Of a stretch of 53,471 bases of DNA, positions 49,902 to 53,471 are shown piece after piece. The stretch is from the IMG/VR virus record IMGVR_UViG_3300005239_000666. One strand, given 5' to 3'. The notes below the pieces were generated by a model that saw only the letters and a list, made by a program, of their open reading frames with translations, ran no database searches and had not been told where the DNA came from. Each line of letters begins with the position of its first letter. The stretch's first letter is position 1. This stretch comes from an uncultured virus (IMG/VR IMGVR_UViG_3300005239_000666). Its lineage: Duplodnaviria > Heunggongvirae > Uroviricota > Caudoviricetes. The position numbers and the translations under genes were made by a program.

Positions 49902-51613
49902 TAGTATTTAAAAAGATAATGTATAAAAACTTCCTATCTACAGGTAATATACCTATAGAAGTTGAACTAGATAAATCACACACAACACTAATAGTAGGTC
50001 AAAACGGATCAGGTAAATCTACTTTACTTGACGCATTATGTTTTGTTTTATTTAACAAACCATTTAGAATTATAAAAAAAGATCAGATAGTAAACTCAAT
50101 AAACAATGCTGAATGTATTGTAGAAATAGATTTTACTGTAGGTCAAAAACAATATAGAATTATACGTGGCATAAAACCTAACATATTTGAAATCTATTGC
50201 GATGGTACTCTTTTAAATCAAGACGCCAATAGTATAGACTATCAAAAATATCTAGAACAAAATATAATGAGACTTAATTACAGGTCTTTTTTACAAGTAG
50301 TGTTATTAGGTGCTTCATCATACGAACCATTTATGAAAATGAAACCTAGATACAGACGAGAGGTTGTGGAAGAAATATTAGACATTAGAGTATTCGGACT
50401 TATGGATTTAATATTAAGAAGTCAACAATCAGACTTGGCTAAAAAGGTTGTAGAAATGAAACACCGTGCTGATTTAATACAAACCAAGTACGAAACAGAG
50501 TTAAATCACTTCAATGCTATCTCCGACCTTAATATGAACGACCTAGATGGTAAGAAACAGCTGGTTAACAAAAACAAAGAAGATAGTAAAGACTATATTA
50601 AAAAGATAGAAGAATTAAACGAACAAATAGGTTATAAGAAAAAAGACATAGAAAACAAGGACAAGGTACAAACAAAGGTAGGTCAACTATCTAAACTAGA
50701 AGCTAAAATAGAAACTAATCTATCTACCCACCAAAAGACATTAGAGTTTTTTGAGAATAATAATAACTGTCCTACGTGTACACAACCTATAGATCAAGAA
50801 TTTAAAACAAAAAAAATAGAATCAACTAAACAAAAAGTAAAAACTTTATCAGATGGTATGAAAGAAATACTAAATGAGATAGCTAATACAGAATTAAAAC
50901 TATCAGAAATGAATAAAGTATCACAAAAGATACATGAACTAAATATTGATATATCCAAATTTGAAACTTCTTTAGATGAGATAAATAAGTTTAGCAACAG
51001 AATACATGAAGAAATAAGATTGTTAGAAAACAAACAAGTTGATGGTAAAGAGATTGAGTCACAACTAGAAGAACTTAATAAACAATTAGAAGAAACTAAA
51101 GTTGAAAGAGATAGAATAGTTGAACAAAAAAATTATGTAGATATATTAAGAGAGATACTAAATGACAGAGGTGCCAAGGCACAGATTATACGTAAGTATG
51201 TTCCAATAATGAACAACTTAATTAATCAACACTTACAGGCAATGGATTTCTTTGTATCGTTTCATCTAGATGAGGAGTTTAATGAAACAGTAAAGAGTAG
51301 ATTTAGAGATACCTTTAACTATAATAACTTTAGTGAGGGTGAAAAAATGAGAATAGACCTTGCATTATTATTTACATGGAGACACATAGCCAAGATGAAA
51401 AATAGTACAAACACCAATCTATTAATACTAGATGAAATATTTGATGGTAGTTTAGATGGTCAAGGTACAGATGATTTCTTTAAGATTATAACACAACTTA
51501 CAAAAGAAAACATCTTTATTATATCACACAAAGGAGATATAATGTTTGATAAATTTACTAATATAATTAAATATGAGAAGTATAAAAACTTCACAAGACT
51601 ACAACCAGCATAG
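49898..51613 (+). CDS. gp46: recombination ATPase gp46 (Rad50/SbcC-like)
   Basis: GQNGSGKST, CPTC zinc hook, FSEGEK and LILDE. Confidence 0.96.
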   Translation: MIVFKKIMYKNFLSTGNIPIEVELDKSHTTLIVGQNGSGKSTLLDALCFVLFNKPFRIIKKDQIVNSINNAECIVEIDFTVGQKQYRIIRGIKPNIFEIYCDGTLLNQDANSIDYQKYLEQNIMRLNYRSFLQVVLLGASSYEPFMKMKPRYRREVVEEILDIRVFGLMDLILRSQQSDLAKKVVEMKHRADLIQTKYETELNHFNAISDLNMNDLDGKKQLVNKNKEDSKDYIKKIEELNEQIGYKKKDIENKDKVQTKVGQLSKLEAKIETNLSTHQKTLEFFENNNNCPTCTQPIDQEFKTKKIESTKQKVKTLSDGMKEILNEIANTELKLSEMNKVSQKIHELNIDISKFETSLDEINKFSNRIHEEIRLLENKQVDGKEIESQLEELNKQLEETKVERDRIVEQKNYVDILREILNDRGAKAQIIRKYVPIMNNLINQHLQAMDFFVSFHLDEEFNETVKSRFRDTFNYNNFSEGEKMRIDLALLFTWRHIAKMKNSTNTNLLILDEIFDGSLDGQGTDDFFKIITQLTKENIFIISHKGDIMFDKFTNIIKYEKYKNFTRLQPA

Positions 51614-51621
51614 GAGATAAT

Positions 51622-52362
51622 ATGGGAAGTACACAAAAAAATGTAATGAAGAAGCCAAAAGTACAGATGAATAAGATTTCTGCTAATGTAAATAAACAGA
51701 GTCCTAAGTCATATACAGATAAGGCTACAGATATGATGAAGAAGAAACCAGAGACAGGTTTTATTACACCAACAGATAACGTAGATGATGGTACTTTTAA
51801 ACTAGTACCACCAAGAGACCCTAGAATACAATCAGCAATAGCACCTTTTTCAGATGACATGCTAGAAGAACATGGTATCAAGGATAGACAAGAACTATCA
51901 GATAAAATGTTCAAGACAATGTTAAAATATGGTGGTATAGGTCTTACAGCAAATCAAGTAGGATTACCTTTTAACATGTTTGTTTTAGGTGCCCACGATC
52001 ATATAGAAAAAGGTTTAAAAATGGCATGTTTTAATCCATTTATAGTTACTAAAAGTGAGGAAGAAGTAGTAATGAAAGAGGGTTGTTTAACCTTTCCTTT
52101 TGTATTCATATCAAAAACTAGACCTAGAAAAGTGGTAGTTAAGTATGAAGACGAGAACGGTGCCTTACAAGAAGGCCACCTTGATGGTGTTGTTAGTAGA
52201 GTATTCCAACATGAGTATGAACACACGTTAGGCAAGACTTTTATAGATGGTGTATCTAAAATGAAACTAGATATGGCATATAAAAAAGCAGGAAAACAAA
52301 TGAAAGCCTATGAAAAACACAAGAAAGCCATGGAAAAAGTAGATAATAGAATGATTCCATAG
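51622..52362 (+). CDS. def: peptide deformylase
   Basis: GIGLTANQVG, EGCLT and QHEYEH motifs. Confidence 0.93.
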   Translation: MGSTQKNVMKKPKVQMNKISANVNKQSPKSYTDKATDMMKKKPETGFITPTDNVDDGTFKLVPPRDPRIQSAIAPFSDDMLEEHGIKDRQELSDKMFKTMLKYGGIGLTANQVGLPFNMFVLGAHDHIEKGLKMACFNPFIVTKSEEEVVMKEGCLTFPFVFISKTRPRKVVVKYEDENGALQEGHLDGVVSRVFQHEYEHTLGKTFIDGVSKMKLDMAYKKAGKQMKAYEKHKKAMEKVDNRMIP

Positions 52363-52367
52363 TAGGC

Positions 52368-52396
52368 TTGACATTAAGGAAAGTTTATGATAGGAT
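52368..52396 (+). promoter_or_regulatory. sigma70-type promoter
   Basis: TTGACA-17 nt-TAGGAT with TGn extension, 6 nt before the ATG at 52403. Confidence 0.7.
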
Positions 52397-52402
52397 TACA
52401 TT

Positions 52403-53471
52403 ATGACAGCAGTACCAAAAGAAGACTTTGATATACACGCTAAGCAAGATTTAGAAGGCGTTGAGAAGAAGTGGCAACAGTTTCAAGACGAAAATGATAT
52501 ATCTAATTTAGAAGATATAGACGAGAGAGTACTTACAGAAGCTATTCAAAAAGATTTAGGATACGTGTCAAAGATGACAGTACAAGAGTATACCCTATTT
52601 CAAAAGTGGCAAGAAGTACATAGAAAATTCCCTACAACCGAATCAACTACATTGTATGGTACTGAAAAAATATTAACATCACCTGAACAAAGAACTCAAA
52701 TAGATACAGTTAGAAACAATATCTGGATTCCCGAATCACCTGAAGATTATGATAAGTTAGAACCTGTATTAGAATTTACAGATGATAGTACAAAGAATTT
52801 CAAAGGCAAAGCAGTAAGAACTGCCAAACTATCAGAGAACTGGAATACATTAAGAACTTTCCTATCTACTATGAAAAACAATAGTAATATTGGTAGACAG
52901 TTATTCTTTAATGTAAATGATAATAGATCAGGTAAACATTTAGGTGTCATTTGTATATCTGGTGACTTTATGGATTTAACACCTAGAGACAGTGCTATTG
53001 GTTGGGATAGACAAAGTAAAACTTTTGGTGGTATGATTAATCATACAGCAATTGGCTCTTCTATTGTACCAACACAACCACTAGGTTACAGTTACACAGG
53101 TGGAAAACTATTAGCATATCTATGTTTATCAGATGACGTACAAAGAATATGGCAAGAAAAGTATGGTGACAAACTAGTTGGTGTTACCACAACATCTTTA
53201 TATGGTAAGGCAAAAGCAAATACATTAAGTCAATACGATGGTTTAAAATACTGGAAACGTATGGGTTTTACTATGGGGTCAGTATCATATGAACCACAAC
53301 CAGAAACTAAAAAACTAATTAAACAATGGTTAAAGAAAAATCATACTAGAAAATACTTTGAGTGGTATGAGGCAACAAGAGCCAACGGCCAACCATTAAA
53401 GAGAGATCATAAGAATAGATCATATATGTTTACCTATTCTAAAATGGGTATAGATAAAAAACTAATAAAAC
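52403..53471 (+). CDS. DUF4338 / DruA-like protein, runs off the window
   Basis: Not in the ORF track. Open frame from ATG 52403 with LTPRD..IGW, VPTQPLG...GGKLLA, VTTTSLYG...SQY and WKRMGFT.G motifs. Confidence 0.7.
   Translation, partial: MTAVPKEDFDIHAKQDLEGVEKKWQQFQDENDISNLEDIDERVLTEAIQKDLGYVSKMTVQEYTLFQKWQEVHRKFPTTESTTLYGTEKILTSPEQRTQIDTVRNNIWIPESPEDYDKLEPVLEFTDDSTKNFKGKAVRTAKLSENWNTLRTFLSTMKNNSNIGRQLFFNVNDNRSGKHLGVICISGDFMDLTPRDSAIGWDRQSKTFGGMINHTAIGSSIVPTQPLGYSYTGGKLLAYLCLSDDVQRIWQEKYGDKLVGVTTTSLYGKAKANTLSQYDGLKYWKRMGFTMGSVSYEPQPETKKLIKQWLKKNHTRKYFEWYEATRANGQPLKRDHKNRSYMFTYSKMGIDKKLIK

Noticed and set aside
26..52950. Short opposite-strand or alternative-frame ORFs in the track (e.g. 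26..232, 14062..14364, 21607..22011, 35131..35523, 39749..40048, 47710..47967, 52747..52950)
   Set aside because: Shadow ORFs overlapping well-supported genes or the tRNA, with no recognisable motifs.

Overview
AT-rich segment of a large T4-like (myovirus) phage genome of the marine Pelagibacter/cyanophage-like type. It is a scaffolded metagenomic assembly with six N-gaps and several single-base indel errors. The right half (28.7-53.5 kb) is the conserved core: gp13-gp14-gp15-gp16-gp17-gp18-gp19-gp20-gp21-gp22-gp23-gp3-uvsY-uvsW-gp55-gp47-gp46, plus tRNA-Gly(GCC), peptide deformylase and a DruA/DUF4338-like gene. The left half (1-28.7 kb) is an accessory island. It holds many radical SAM enzymes (including split radical SAM + free SPASM-like pairs and B12-binding radical SAMs), nitroreductase-fold proteins, a 2OG-Fe(II) oxygenase, an SGNH protein, a DegT aminotransferase, glycosyltransferases and Ser/Thr-rich collagen-like fibre genes. 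The best signal is an apparently self-contained phage cobalamin module: a sigma70 promoter, then a class-II cobalamin riboswitch essentially identical, as I recall it, to the crystallised env8 riboswitch, then a BtuB-like TonB-dependent receptor. This unit converges on a late-promoter operon encoding a B12-dependent radical SAM enzyme. Almost all modification enzymes lie behind T4 late promoters (TATAAATA), which suggests a virion post-translational modification and glycosylation system. Duplicated blocks on either side of N-gaps look like two strain haplotypes joined by scaffolding. All family assignments come from motif recognition by eye; no searches were run.
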